This document shows positions 56,410 to 64,000 of a stretch of DNA of 64,000 nucleotides, piece by piece (within the stretch, counting starts at the first letter, position 1; each line of letters opens with the position of its first letter). The stretch is from a virus. The position numbers and the translations under genes were made by a program. The stretch lies in the UHGV virus genome UHGV-0382128; one strand, written 5' to 3'. The notes beneath the pieces are model-generated. The model saw only the letters and a list, made by a program, of their open reading frames with translations. It was not told the origin of the DNA and made no database searches.

Positions 56410-56455
56410 AAAAGATTACCCTACTCCTTCGGGAGTAGGGTAGCTTTTATTTTAA
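56410..56455. terminator. Bidirectional rho-independent terminator (CCCTACTCC family)
   Basis: Stem taccctactcc / ggagtagggta, loop ttcg, then gcttttatttt; between convergent genes. Confidence 0.8.
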
Positions 56456-57000
56456 ATGTCAACTTCTAGTTTACGGTAATCGATGACACCTTGAGCAATC
56501 ATAGCAGCAACATCGTTCCAAGTACGAAAAATGAAGTAAACTGTGTCTCCGTTTAAAAAGATGTTAGATTCTTTATCCGGGAAATCGTCTTCACTGAGGT
56601 AGTAGTAGGGTTTGTCGAATGGGAAGTCGCGCTCATCAGAGGAACCAAGTACCGCATAACGATTGCCACAATCAAACAGAATCTTCCAACCAGACATTTC
56701 ACTATTAGCGTCAATACGATCGACGATTTCAACGGTAATAGGAGAATGATCAAGAAAACTGATTGTAATATCTCCGTTATAACGCTTGAATCGCCAAATA
56801 TCTGTAGGTACGATTTCAGATGCCGCTATAAGGGAATAAAGTTGTGTTGATGTGATCTTTTTGTAAACGTTAGTTCCATCTCCAAAATGGTTATATAAGA
56901 AATTAGCCAGGAAATTTATATCCTTTAAACGTGTGCGGAAAACAGAACCACGACGAATACCGTAAGCCAGATGAGTTAAATATTCAGATGATGGAAACAT
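56452..57000 (-). CDS. Paralog family C, member 1 (182 aa)
   Basis: N-terminus MFPSSEYLTHLAYGIRRGSVF...FLANFLYNHFGDGT resembles that of the upstream gene (MTFPSEVIYTLANIFRRSHNF...VTADFLFNYLIGTD). Confidence 0.5.
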   Translation of the reverse strand: MFPSSEYLTHLAYGIRRGSVFRTRLKDINFLANFLYNHFGDGTNVYKKITSTQLYSLIAASEIVPTDIWRFKRYNGDITISFLDHSPITVEIVDRIDANSEMSGWKILFDCGNRYAVLGSSDERDFPFDKPYYYLSEDDFPDKESNIFLNGDTVYFIFRTWNDVAAMIAQGVIDYRKLEVDI

Positions 57001-57015
57001 TTTAATACTCCTAAG

Positions 57016-57054
57016 ATGGAAAAAGAATTAACCCTACTCCCGGAGGAGTAGGGG
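57016..57054 (-). terminator. Rho-independent terminator (CCCTACTCC family)
   Basis: Stem ccctactcc / ggagtaggg, loop cgga, T-run on minus, then SD aggag. Confidence 0.7.
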
Positions 57055-57061
57055 ACTTAAA

Positions 57062-58006
57062 TTATTTTTTGGTTTGGCCCAGCTTTTCAAGAACCAGTTC
57101 ACGAATGTACTTTTGAGTACGTTTCTTCGGCGGTAAAGCCATAAGGGTGTCAACGATTTCCTGGCCGCTGATAACCTTGCTGACGAGTTGCTGAACTTGG
57201 AAGAGTTCTGCTTCTTCGTCGCTAATTTCGTTAGCTTGGTCTTTCTGACACAACGCTTCTACCAGATCAGCTACGGATATTTCATTTTCGTCACCGGGGA
57301 AATCCAGGTTTAACGATTCGAAAACATCACGTTTAACGAGTACAGATTTCAGATCATCGTAGTTTTCACAAACGGCGACTTCTGTACCAGGTACCGTCGG
57401 TTCATTGTACTCAGCAAACAAATCTTCCATTACTTTCTGATCGTGCTCTACTTTCAAAGCGTGGAAGGTGTTGGAAGCCTTGGTTAAGACGTAACCAATT
57501 TGCTGCCAGCTACTCAGAATGAAGCAAAGCGTTTTTCCAGTTAGACCGATATTGCCCTGACGTGCGTCAAAAAAGATTTCTTCGGTGCGAGAAATCTGAC
57601 CCAGTTCGAAAAAGGTTTCTTTTTTGGCCGCGACGACTTCATACCGATTCTTACCCTGTTCTACAACAATTAACCAGTTACCAAGAATTTCGTGTTGGTA
57701 GTTTGATAGGGAGAGAGACTCGTTACCCACGAGTGGTTTAATGTCAATGGACGCCCGGCGCATACCCATTGAGAAGTTGAACTTAACCCCATTGTTATAC
57801 GCTGAGGCGTACTCGATCGGGATAATTTCTGAGACACGTTCAATATCCATAATTGTTTCCTGCGTAACACATGCAGGATCGGTACCAATTAGGTAATTAA
57901 ACAGAAAGTCGGCTGTAACGTCTGCCGATTTCCGAAAGATTGGGAAATTATGGCTGCGGCGGAAAATATTAGCCAGTGTATAGATTACTTCAGATGGAAA
58001 AGTCAT
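57062..58006 (-). CDS. Paralog family C, member 2 (314 aa) with acidic C-terminal extension
   Basis: See family C member 1; extra ~130 aa C-terminal region. Confidence 0.5.
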   Translation of the reverse strand: MTFPSEVIYTLANIFRRSHNFPIFRKSADVTADFLFNYLIGTDPACVTQETIMDIERVSEIIPIEYASAYNNGVKFNFSMGMRRASIDIKPLVGNESLSLSNYQHEILGNWLIVVEQGKNRYEVVAAKKETFFELGQISRTEEIFFDARQGNIGLTGKTLCFILSSWQQIGYVLTKASNTFHALKVEHDQKVMEDLFAEYNEPTVPGTEVAVCENYDDLKSVLVKRDVFESLNLDFPGDENEISVADLVEALCQKDQANEISDEEAELFQVQQLVSKVISGQEIVDTLMALPPKKRTQKYIRELVLEKLGQTKK

Positions 58007-58059
58007 TTTAATAGTCCTCTTTTAGGTTTGTTCAAATCAACTAAGGGTTATGTAAAAAG

Positions 58060-58539
58060 TTAAAATAAAGGCAAGTTACGCCATTGTCCTACCGAGTAAA
58101 AAGCTTTTGGATGTTTACGGATATACGCTTTCGCTTCTTCTGGCAACCAACGGTCACCTACCAGTTTTTGTTGTGCAACAATTACTGCCATCAACAAATA
58201 CGGGTTTTTCGCACCGGGAAACTTTGCATTGGTTTCTAGCGCAATATCCAACATTGACGACCAGCCCAGTAATTTATGTTGCGCCGGTAAACGTTCTTCA
58301 ATATACATCAGCCACTTCATGATTTGTTTAGGCTTATACGGACAGGTATAATTCGCCCAACAGACCATGACGAACTTAATAGCCTTCGCAATCACCCATA
58401 CAGGGACAGTCACGAAAAGGCAGAAAATAGCCAACTGCGAGGCGGGCGCTTCGACAAAAGTAACCGCTACAAGAACCATACACAGTTCAAGTACCACAAA
58501 CCAAAAACGTGTCGGATAACGCCAAATGAATTTTATCAT
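58060..58539 (-). CDS. Membrane protein with two or three N-terminal TM helices (159 aa); holin-like candidate
   Basis: Hydrophobic FWFVVLELCMVLVAVTFV and LAIFCLFVTVPVWVIAKAIKFVMV; two genes upstream of the endolysin-like SLT gene. Confidence 0.4.
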   Translation of the reverse strand: MIKFIWRYPTRFWFVVLELCMVLVAVTFVEAPASQLAIFCLFVTVPVWVIAKAIKFVMVCWANYTCPYKPKQIMKWLMYIEERLPAQHKLLGWSSMLDIALETNAKFPGAKNPYLLMAVIVAQQKLVGDRWLPEEAKAYIRKHPKAFYSVGQWRNLPLF

Positions 58540-58547
58540 AACTCTGC

Positions 58548-58590
58548 TCCTTTAGGGAATGAAAATAAAAGTACCCCTTACTCCGTATAG
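58548..58590 (-). terminator. Rho-independent terminator
   Basis: Stem accccttac / gtaaggggt (~11 bp), T-run on minus, then SD aaggag. Confidence 0.7.
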
Positions 58591-58605
58591 GGTAAGGGGT
58601 AGAGG

Positions 58606-59115
58606 TTAGAAGAACGGCTGGTTTGGAATGACAGCGTACTCTAAAATGAACATGTGTTCTGGGGCGTCTTCTTTACGCCAGACTTTGTGTGTCGACACAA
58701 GTTTTTCCAGAATCGTTAAGAAACTGCGCTGGCAGTATGTGTTTTCACCAAGCAGTAGATTTTGAAGTTCTACAGTAGCGTCCATATACGCCTGTTTAAA
58801 GACTAAATTACGGTTATACTGCCCGGTAAAATTCCAAAGCAAGACTTTCCCTTCTTCGGTTTCTTTTACCGTTGGTCGTAAACCACAAATCCACAGTAAG
58901 GCAAGGTTGACGTTCCAGTCAAACTCTAAACCTTCTTCTTCGTCATCACCGAATGCTGTGGGTAAAGCATCGTAAAATTCGTGTTTCTCTGCGAATTCTT
59001 CATCCGACTTAATCTCGTCTTCGATACTGCTTCGGACGATACTGTAAACGTCTTTCGCGGTCAATTGTGCGGCTTTTGTAATGCCTTTATACCAATCGGT
59101 TACTACGATGCTCAA
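58606..59115 (-). CDS. Hypothetical protein (169 aa)
   Basis: ORF overlapping the SLT gene by 4 nt. Confidence 0.45.
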   Translation of the reverse strand: MSIVVTDWYKGITKAAQLTAKDVYSIVRSSIEDEIKSDEEFAEKHEFYDALPTAFGDDEEEGLEFDWNVNLALLWICGLRPTVKETEEGKVLLWNFTGQYNRNLVFKQAYMDATVELQNLLLGENTYCQRSFLTILEKLVSTHKVWRKEDAPEHMFILEYAVIPNQPFF

Positions 59116-59837
59116 AGGGTAACTCCTCTATTGATTGGAAAACTCGTGTTTATCGTATCCCAAATTCTACTAACTTCCGCCAGTTGAATCTGACGTGGTG
59201 TTTTCTTCGCAAACGCAAGCTGACGTGGGGCCGAGCCCACAACAACAGGCACATCGATTTTCGCGCTATAGAACGCGGCGTCTTTCATAAAGCCTGCCAT
59301 TTCTCGTTGTGCTGCTCGAGATTTGCTTTTGATTCGCGTGTGAGCGCCACTTTCACCCCAGTGGTAAGCTAACGCAATTTCAGCCATGGTGGGCTTGCGT
59401 TTGAGTCGTTTGGTTAACCCCCTCTCAAGATGTTTAACATACGCGGCAGCCAGCAAAACAGCATTACGCGGATTATATAAATCGGCGTTCTGACTAAGAC
59501 CTAATTCTTTTCCATAAAGCCTTAGCAGATTACGCTTGGTACTTGGAAGCATCTGTACCAGGCTGTGTGCTCGTGAGCTTTTGTTGTAAGCCTTGGGATC
59601 AAAACGTGATTCGCGATAAATCAGCGTAATCATCAGCTTAGGATCAACGCCTTGCTTTCGTGAGATTTCCACAATTAACGGGCTGACTTTTTCGAACCGA
59701 TGTTGGATTTGTGCAAACTCACGCTGATGCTTAGAATGTGGCGTTGACGTTGACGCCTGTGCGTTAAACGCGAAAAGTGTTACCAGTAAAAGAAAGAAGA
59801 TACGAAACATTTTGTTTCTCCAGTTGGATTTATACAT
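59112..59837 (-). CDS. Signal-peptide-bearing lytic transglycosylase (SLT domain), endolysin candidate (241 aa)
   Basis: N-terminal MFRIFFLLLVTLFAFNAQAS; SLT core LIYRESRFDPKAYNKSSRAHSLVQMLPST...LLAAAYVKHL (catalytic Glu-Ser and the SxxGxxQ block). Confidence 0.7.
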   Translation of the reverse strand: MYKSNWRNKMFRIFFLLLVTLFAFNAQASTSTPHSKHQREFAQIQHRFEKVSPLIVEISRKQGVDPKLMITLIYRESRFDPKAYNKSSRAHSLVQMLPSTKRNLLRLYGKELGLSQNADLYNPRNAVLLAAAYVKHLERGLTKRLKRKPTMAEIALAYHWGESGAHTRIKSKSRAAQREMAGFMKDAAFYSAKIDVPVVVGSAPRQLAFAKKTPRQIQLAEVSRIWDTINTSFPINRGVTL

Positions 59838-59910
59838 TTCCGTATTCCGTAAGACGAAATGACGGCGCGGACAGCTAATACTCCTTTGTTGTGTGCCCTA
59901 ATGATAATAT

Positions 59911-60471
59911 CTATTTAAAAGAGTTTGGAATTAATGACTCTGCTTCTTGGTACAACTTATCAGGTAAGTATAACGTGTAGCACTGCCTCCTCGGTTCAAG
60001 TTTTTTGTAAAGCCACAAAAAGATTTCTTGTCTTTCCCAGGAATCTAACCACCCATTTGCCATTCCCAGTGGAGGGATAGCAACGCTGGTATTCAGATCC
60101 TCAGCACAGTCTGCTAGTGCGCTAATGCCCGCAGTAACATAAGAAACCTGTGACTTTAAACGCCAATGGGTTTTCGTGGGGAGCAAGATACACTTTTCAT
60201 CAGAGTAAACGTAAACGCTTCCAATCTTAATTTCGTCTTCACGACACCGCTTACGATAATCCTGATAAAGGTTGGGGTAGCGTTCACGGCACGCCAGTGC
60301 AATACCGCGACCCATCGCTCCTACGCAGTTAATGGTAACGACTTTATAGTCTTCGGGTGCATTAAAAAGATCGTTACCAATTTCAGATTCTTTACGTACC
60401 GTTAACATAACGAAACGTCCGGAGTTGGTGTGTAGTATTAAAACGTGTACCGCCGATTGATAGCTCGACAA
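59911..60471 (-). CDS. Putative macro-domain (ADP-ribose binding/processing) protein (186 aa)
   Basis: VVTINCVGAMGRGIALACRERYP (glycine-rich loop as in macro domains) and later VAIPPLGMANGWL; by eye only. Confidence 0.45.
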   Translation of the reverse strand: MSSYQSAVHVLILHTNSGRFVMLTVRKESEIGNDLFNAPEDYKVVTINCVGAMGRGIALACRERYPNLYQDYRKRCREDEIKIGSVYVYSDEKCILLPTKTHWRLKSQVSYVTAGISALADCAEDLNTSVAIPPLGMANGWLDSWERQEIFLWLYKKLEPRRQCYTLYLPDKLYQEAESLIPNSFK

Positions 60472-60495
60472 GTATAGCGATATATGTTTTACCCA

Positions 60496-60864
60496 TTATC
60501 GATTTTTCGTAATCCATTGCTTGACCGCCGCTTCTAAACCTTCGTGTTGTAAGCCCAGGCGTTGCATAGTCAGTGCCAGGTTGAGCGTGTGTACAACCTG
60601 TTCACGGAACTGATGATCGTTCATACGGTCCCAGACCTTCTCTACTGAAATGTTGTGTTTCCAGAGCAAATAAGCTTCGCGACACGATGCGCGACGAACC
60701 AAGCTGGGTTTAACAAAAGGCAACTCGATTTCAGGCAAGTAACCTAAAAGCTTAACTAGCGGCGTTACTTGCGTCTTACCGAAGTCACCGCACTGATAAC
60801 AAATTTGCAGAATATCAATTTCATTCAACGGTATACCGTAAATTGATGGGTTCTCTGTGAACAT
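60496..60864 (-). CDS. Hypothetical protein (122 aa)
   Basis: ORF only. Confidence 0.45.
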   Translation of the reverse strand: MFTENPSIYGIPLNEIDILQICYQCGDFGKTQVTPLVKLLGYLPEIELPFVKPSLVRRASCREAYLLWKHNISVEKVWDRMNDHQFREQVVHTLNLALTMQRLGLQHEGLEAAVKQWITKNR

Positions 60865-61132
60865 TCATATTCTCCTCAGGCTCGAAATGTGATTCGGGTG
60901 GCAATGTCCCTAAAGCCCCTTGGATACAAGCCGTCAGCGTAGGTTTGCCAAAACAGACCTTACCTATTGTCCCCACATTGGGATGTTGTAAGAACGCTTT
61001 TGCACGTTCGTATTCCTTCCAACAAATACTCGTATCCAAACCACCCACTCCGTACGATTTTAACATAATTAGCTCTCCTGACGTAAATTTCTCACACTCA
61101 TAGTGAGGTACGTCAGGAGAGCTTGATTGTTT

Positions 61133-61582
61133 TTAGAATGTTTTGCTAAAATCGACCCACTCACGATCGTGCGAGTAAACCGCCTGATAGCCGCGTCGGA
61201 TGAAATACTCTTTTGCTTCTTTACATTTCGCATACATGCCAGTAACAATCTCACCGAAAACTTCATCAGCTGCAATTGCTTTGAAAATCTCTTTCATTAC
61301 ACCCCGTTGACGATAGTCTGGGAGCACGTATACCGAACGTATCTTAAGTGAACCGTTACGATTCCGATAACTACAGTATCCTACCGCGACATCATCCTGA
61401 TACACCAGAACTATGCAGTTACCTTCGATCAGCTGTCGCGCATTTAACTTCGGCACCGACGTTTTGATTTTCAGTAACGTGGCCTGGTGGTCTAAGTAAC
61501 GGTAGTGTAGTTTGAGTAAATCGGCAGCTTGTCGCTCACCGACTTTAGAAGATGCGTTCAACAAATAAATTTCCATTTGCAA
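61133..61582 (-). CDS. GNAT-family N-acetyltransferase (149 aa)
   Basis: Motif A-like IRSVYVLPDYRQRGVMKEIFKAI. Confidence 0.55.
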   Translation of the reverse strand: MQMEIYLLNASSKVGERQAADLLKLHYRYLDHQATLLKIKTSVPKLNARQLIEGNCIVLVYQDDVAVGYCSYRNRNGSLKIRSVYVLPDYRQRGVMKEIFKAIAADEVFGEIVTGMYAKCKEAKEYFIRRGYQAVYSHDREWVDFSKTF

Positions 61583-61608
61583 ACCTTAGAGACGCAAAAA
61601 AAGTAAAA

Positions 61609-61737
61609 TTAAAACCAACGCGCGATGACGAATGCCGCAGCGGCTAATATGGCCGTGGTGATTATTAATCCACCCCATGAAAGTTCCGCATCGTATAATG
61701 CGGATATCGCTACATTCGTAGTGTTTATCGAGGTCAT
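61609..61737 (-). CDS. Small hydrophobic peptide (~41 aa), not in the ORF track
   Basis: Hand translation MTSINTTNVAISALYDAELSWGGLIITTAILAAAAFVIARWF with SD aggagc; coordinates approximate. Confidence 0.3.
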   Translation of the reverse strand: MTSINTTNVAISALYDAELSWGGLIITTAILAAAAFVIARWF

Positions 61738-61794
61738 TTTCTGCTCCTAGTAATACCCTCACGCCGGAGGGTATCTTCTGGATTATTTGGGTGG

Positions 61795-61893
61795 TTAATC
61801 TTCGAACGCCCAACGGTGTCGTTTAATCAGCCAGTTTAAACCTTTACCAATTAACCACAACGAGCCAAGTGTTAACAGAACCCCTACAACCAT
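61795..61893 (-). CDS. Small hydrophobic peptide (~32 aa), not in the ORF track
   Basis: Hand translation MVVGVLLTLGSLWLIGKGLNWLIKRHRWAFED with SD aggagaggg; coordinates approximate. Confidence 0.3.
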   Translation of the reverse strand: MVVGVLLTLGSLWLIGKGLNWLIKRHRWAFED

Positions 61894-61903
61894 ATTCCCT
61901 CTC

Positions 61904-62083
61904 CTAATTCCGCCATTCGCATTCGCGTTGACGCCAAATTGAACCCCACGATAGTTTAATCAGATAAGATGAAACTACCCATAAAATCATCACCACACAA
62001 AACATGACATAAAGAACCGCTAGAATGGACATGAAGCCAAACCCTGCCGCATCCACAATACGACGGAACCAATCAGTTTGCAT
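61904..62083 (-). CDS. Small membrane protein (~59 aa)
   Basis: Track ORF 61904..62089 begins at a TTG; ATG at 62083 (MQTDWFRRIVD...) has SD aggag. TM FGFMSILAVLYVMFCVVMILWVV. Confidence 0.35.
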   Translation of the reverse strand: MQTDWFRRIVDAAGFGFMSILAVLYVMFCVVMILWVVSSYLIKLSWGSIWRQRECEWRN

Positions 62084-64000
62084 AAACAATTTTTACTCCT
62101 TCGTTATACACCGCAGGCAATGTCACTCCTTCCGGTTCGATGACACAGTACGATGCTTCATTAAGTTTAGAATGGACCTCAGCTTCGTGGGAAACTACCA
62201 AGAGTTGTGAAAATTCTCCCGAGTTTGCTAACGTTTTAATAAAGCCGACCAGGTTATTACGGTGTTCCTCGTCCATGCCTTCCGAAGGCTCATCCAAAAG
62301 CAACGGAAACTGATGCAACTTCAGCGCTTTGTACGCAGTCAGTCTGAACATCAGATTAAATATAGCACGCTGTGCCTTAGACCCTTTACGCACGTCAGGA
62401 ACAGGCTCAGGGTGCGTTTTTAGCTGGACAGGAAAAGTATAATCCAAATCGCCGTCAGTGAGATCACAGGGCATAACACGCATGGGGTACGTCCAGACCT
62501 GTTCGATATAACGCGTCATTAACTCTGTGATTCTAACGATAGCGTTGTAAAAATACTTTCTAAGTACACCCTTTTCTGGCGAGAAGGCTTGAATCATCAG
62601 TTTGTTATTGAACTGCTGGGCTTGTAAGTCAGCAAGTTCACGTTCCAAACTGTTGAGTTGGTTCAATTCATTTTCCATCTGACGATAACGCTCGCGTGCG
62701 GTTGTAAAAGCATCCAGCTTCCCTTCCCGCACTCGTAAGAGTTCCTCGACGACCGTATTTGTCAACGTAACCTTAACATCACTCTCTAACCGTTCGAATA
62801 ACGCACTGAAATCATCTACAGCACGTTTAACATTCACTAGATAGGTAAGTGTCGTGTTAGCCAGTTCGTGCTCTCTACGACGCATTGAGAGCATCTCTGT
62901 GGCTTTACCTAATCGCGACTGTTGGAAGGCGATTTTCTGTTGTAAAGCACCATCGACGTTACCAACGGCCGCTACGGCATCCTGCCATTCTTTTTCCGCT
63001 TTCACTAACCGTTGTCGGGTTTCATGGTACTCAATAGCAGAGTACAATTCACCGTCAAACGCTGCACATAGACTCCCGAACTGCTCGCGAGATTCTGTGA
63101 AAACGTTACGTTCTTGCAAACGCTTAAAGAACATGCTCAATATCGGGTCCTTTGAATACGTCAGCACAATCTCACGAACCTGCCGCATATAAGTTACATC
63201 AGATTCTAATTCAACACGATCGCGTAATAAGGTCTCTAGCTGTGTTTGAAGTTCCGTCCGTTGCTGCTGTTGACCACGAATCGATGACTCGAGTTCAGGT
63301 AAAGAACGCGTAACACCTGGCCGAAACTTAAACCGACACTGCGGACAATCCACTTCTGCCGTTTCTAAGTAGTGGTTACGTTCGTGATTTAAATTCTGTA
63401 AAACGTTCTCCACTCGCTGGAGTCTATCCCGTAATCCTGCGGTTTTTTGATCCATCACCAGAAGACGTTCTTCCAAAACATTGAGTTTCTCGGTTGAATG
63501 AATAGCGTCCAGTGTTGTTCCCAACCGTTGTCCCCAAACACGCGCATCGGTAGCCGCACGAAGTTGGTCTAAATTAACGTTATCGTTAAATAAACCTGGA
63601 AAGAGATGTTCGGTGTCCCACTTGGTAAGTAACTCACGTAAACGTGCCAGTGTGTTCTTGAGACCTTCGTGGTTCCGCATCAGGTAGTCTTGTCGTGTTG
63701 ACTCATCCATCAATAGCGATAAATCTTTATTCAACATCGATACCTCTGTTTCGGTAGAAACGACGGCTTCGCGGGCTGTCGCTTCATTTTGTCGGGCGGC
63801 CAGTATCTGTTCATCAGTAGGCAACCCACCACGATGTTGTAATATTGCGTCGATGGTTGGACCCAAACCGTTTAATAACGCTTGGATTGTTTCGATCGTG
63901 ACAGCACGATTTAATCCTGGCAACTGTTCGATTTCTCGGTTCAGTTCACGTAAATCCGATTCCAAACCTTTTAATCTCGTTGCTAATTGTTGTCGTTCTT
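62073..64000 (-). CDS. SbcC/Rad50-like recombination-repair ATPase, partial (N-terminus outside right edge)
   Basis: Long coiled-coil with zinc-hook-like CPQC (DCPQCRFKF), C-terminal FPLLLDEPSEGMD (Walker B/D-loop). Reading frame is open from 64000; the track start at 63965 is a TTG. Confidence 0.6.
   Translation of the reverse strand, partial: ERQQLATRLKGLESDLRELNREIEQLPGLNRAVTIETIQALLNGLGPTIDAILQHRGGLPTDEQILAARQNEATAREAVVSTETEVSMLNKDLSLLMDESTRQDYLMRNHEGLKNTLARLRELLTKWDTEHLFPGLFNDNVNLDQLRAATDARVWGQRLGTTLDAIHSTEKLNVLEERLLVMDQKTAGLRDRLQRVENVLQNLNHERNHYLETAEVDCPQCRFKFRPGVTRSLPELESSIRGQQQQRTELQTQLETLLRDRVELESDVTYMRQVREIVLTYSKDPILSMFFKRLQERNVFTESREQFGSLCAAFDGELYSAIEYHETRQRLVKAEKEWQDAVAAVGNVDGALQQKIAFQQSRLGKATEMLSMRRREHELANTTLTYLVNVKRAVDDFSALFERLESDVKVTLTNTVVEELLRVREGKLDAFTTARERYRQMENELNQLNSLERELADLQAQQFNNKLMIQAFSPEKGVLRKYFYNAIVRITELMTRYIEQVWTYPMRVMPCDLTDGDLDYTFPVQLKTHPEPVPDVRKGSKAQRAIFNLMFRLTAYKALKLHQFPLLLDEPSEGMDEEHRNNLVGFIKTLANSGEFSQLLVVSHEAEVHSKLNEASYCVIEPEGVTLPAVYNEGVKIVYAN

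Noticed and set aside
60821-61066. 81-aa minus-strand ORF overlapping the start of the 60496..60864 gene by 44 nt
   Set aside because: Could be a real short gene ending in the overlap, but I could not verify its start or SD by eye; left unannotated as doubtful.
61586-61813. 75-aa minus-strand ORF from the track
   Set aside because: Cys/His/Arg-rich low-complexity product without SD; two shorter ORFs in other frames with SDs and clean TM helices explain the region better.
1-64000. CRISPR array, integrase/attachment site, rRNA genes
   Set aside because: No regularly spaced direct repeats with unique spacers, no tyrosine or serine recombinase motifs, and no rRNA-like conserved stretches were seen; the window is uniformly phage-like coding sequence.

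Overview
This 64-kb window is a densely coding (roughly 90%) segment of a tailed-phage genome with no rRNA, tRNA, CRISPR array, integrase or host housekeeping genes. It is most consistent with a phiKZ-like jumbo myovirus of an enterobacterial host, although this is an inference from motif content read by eye, not a database result. Key evidence: (i) two adjacent minus-strand genes encode fragments of a multisubunit RNA polymerase (a 539-aa beta-prime-like fragment with a DYDGD catalytic motif and a 1388-aa beta-like fragment); (ii) divergently adjacent is a 2374-aa giant protein with a C-terminal lytic-transglycosylase domain, polybasic and hydrophobic segments; (iii) a codon-optimised two-gene operon (685 aa + 291 aa) closed by a strong terminator, possibly tail sheath and tube; (iv) nucleotide-metabolism genes (thymidylate synthase with two insertions, MazG-like, HAD-type nucleotidase-like, HD-domain hydrolase); (v) DNA transaction genes (UvsX/RecA-like recombinase, RNase H fusion, DEDDh-like exonuclease, partial SbcC/Rad50-like ATPase at the right edge); (vi) a signal-peptide lytic transglycosylase plus membrane proteins as lysis candidates. 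The most unusual part is an accessory region (about 45.6-62 kb) containing three pairs of tandem diverged paralogs, a macro-domain protein, a GNAT acetyltransferase and clusters of unannotated small peptides, each unit insulated by a recurring CCCTACTCC/GGAGTAGGG hairpin terminator. A small HEPN-motif protein with a membrane anchor lies at 35.6-36.1 kb. About half of the ORFs have no recognisable function and are listed as hypothetical.
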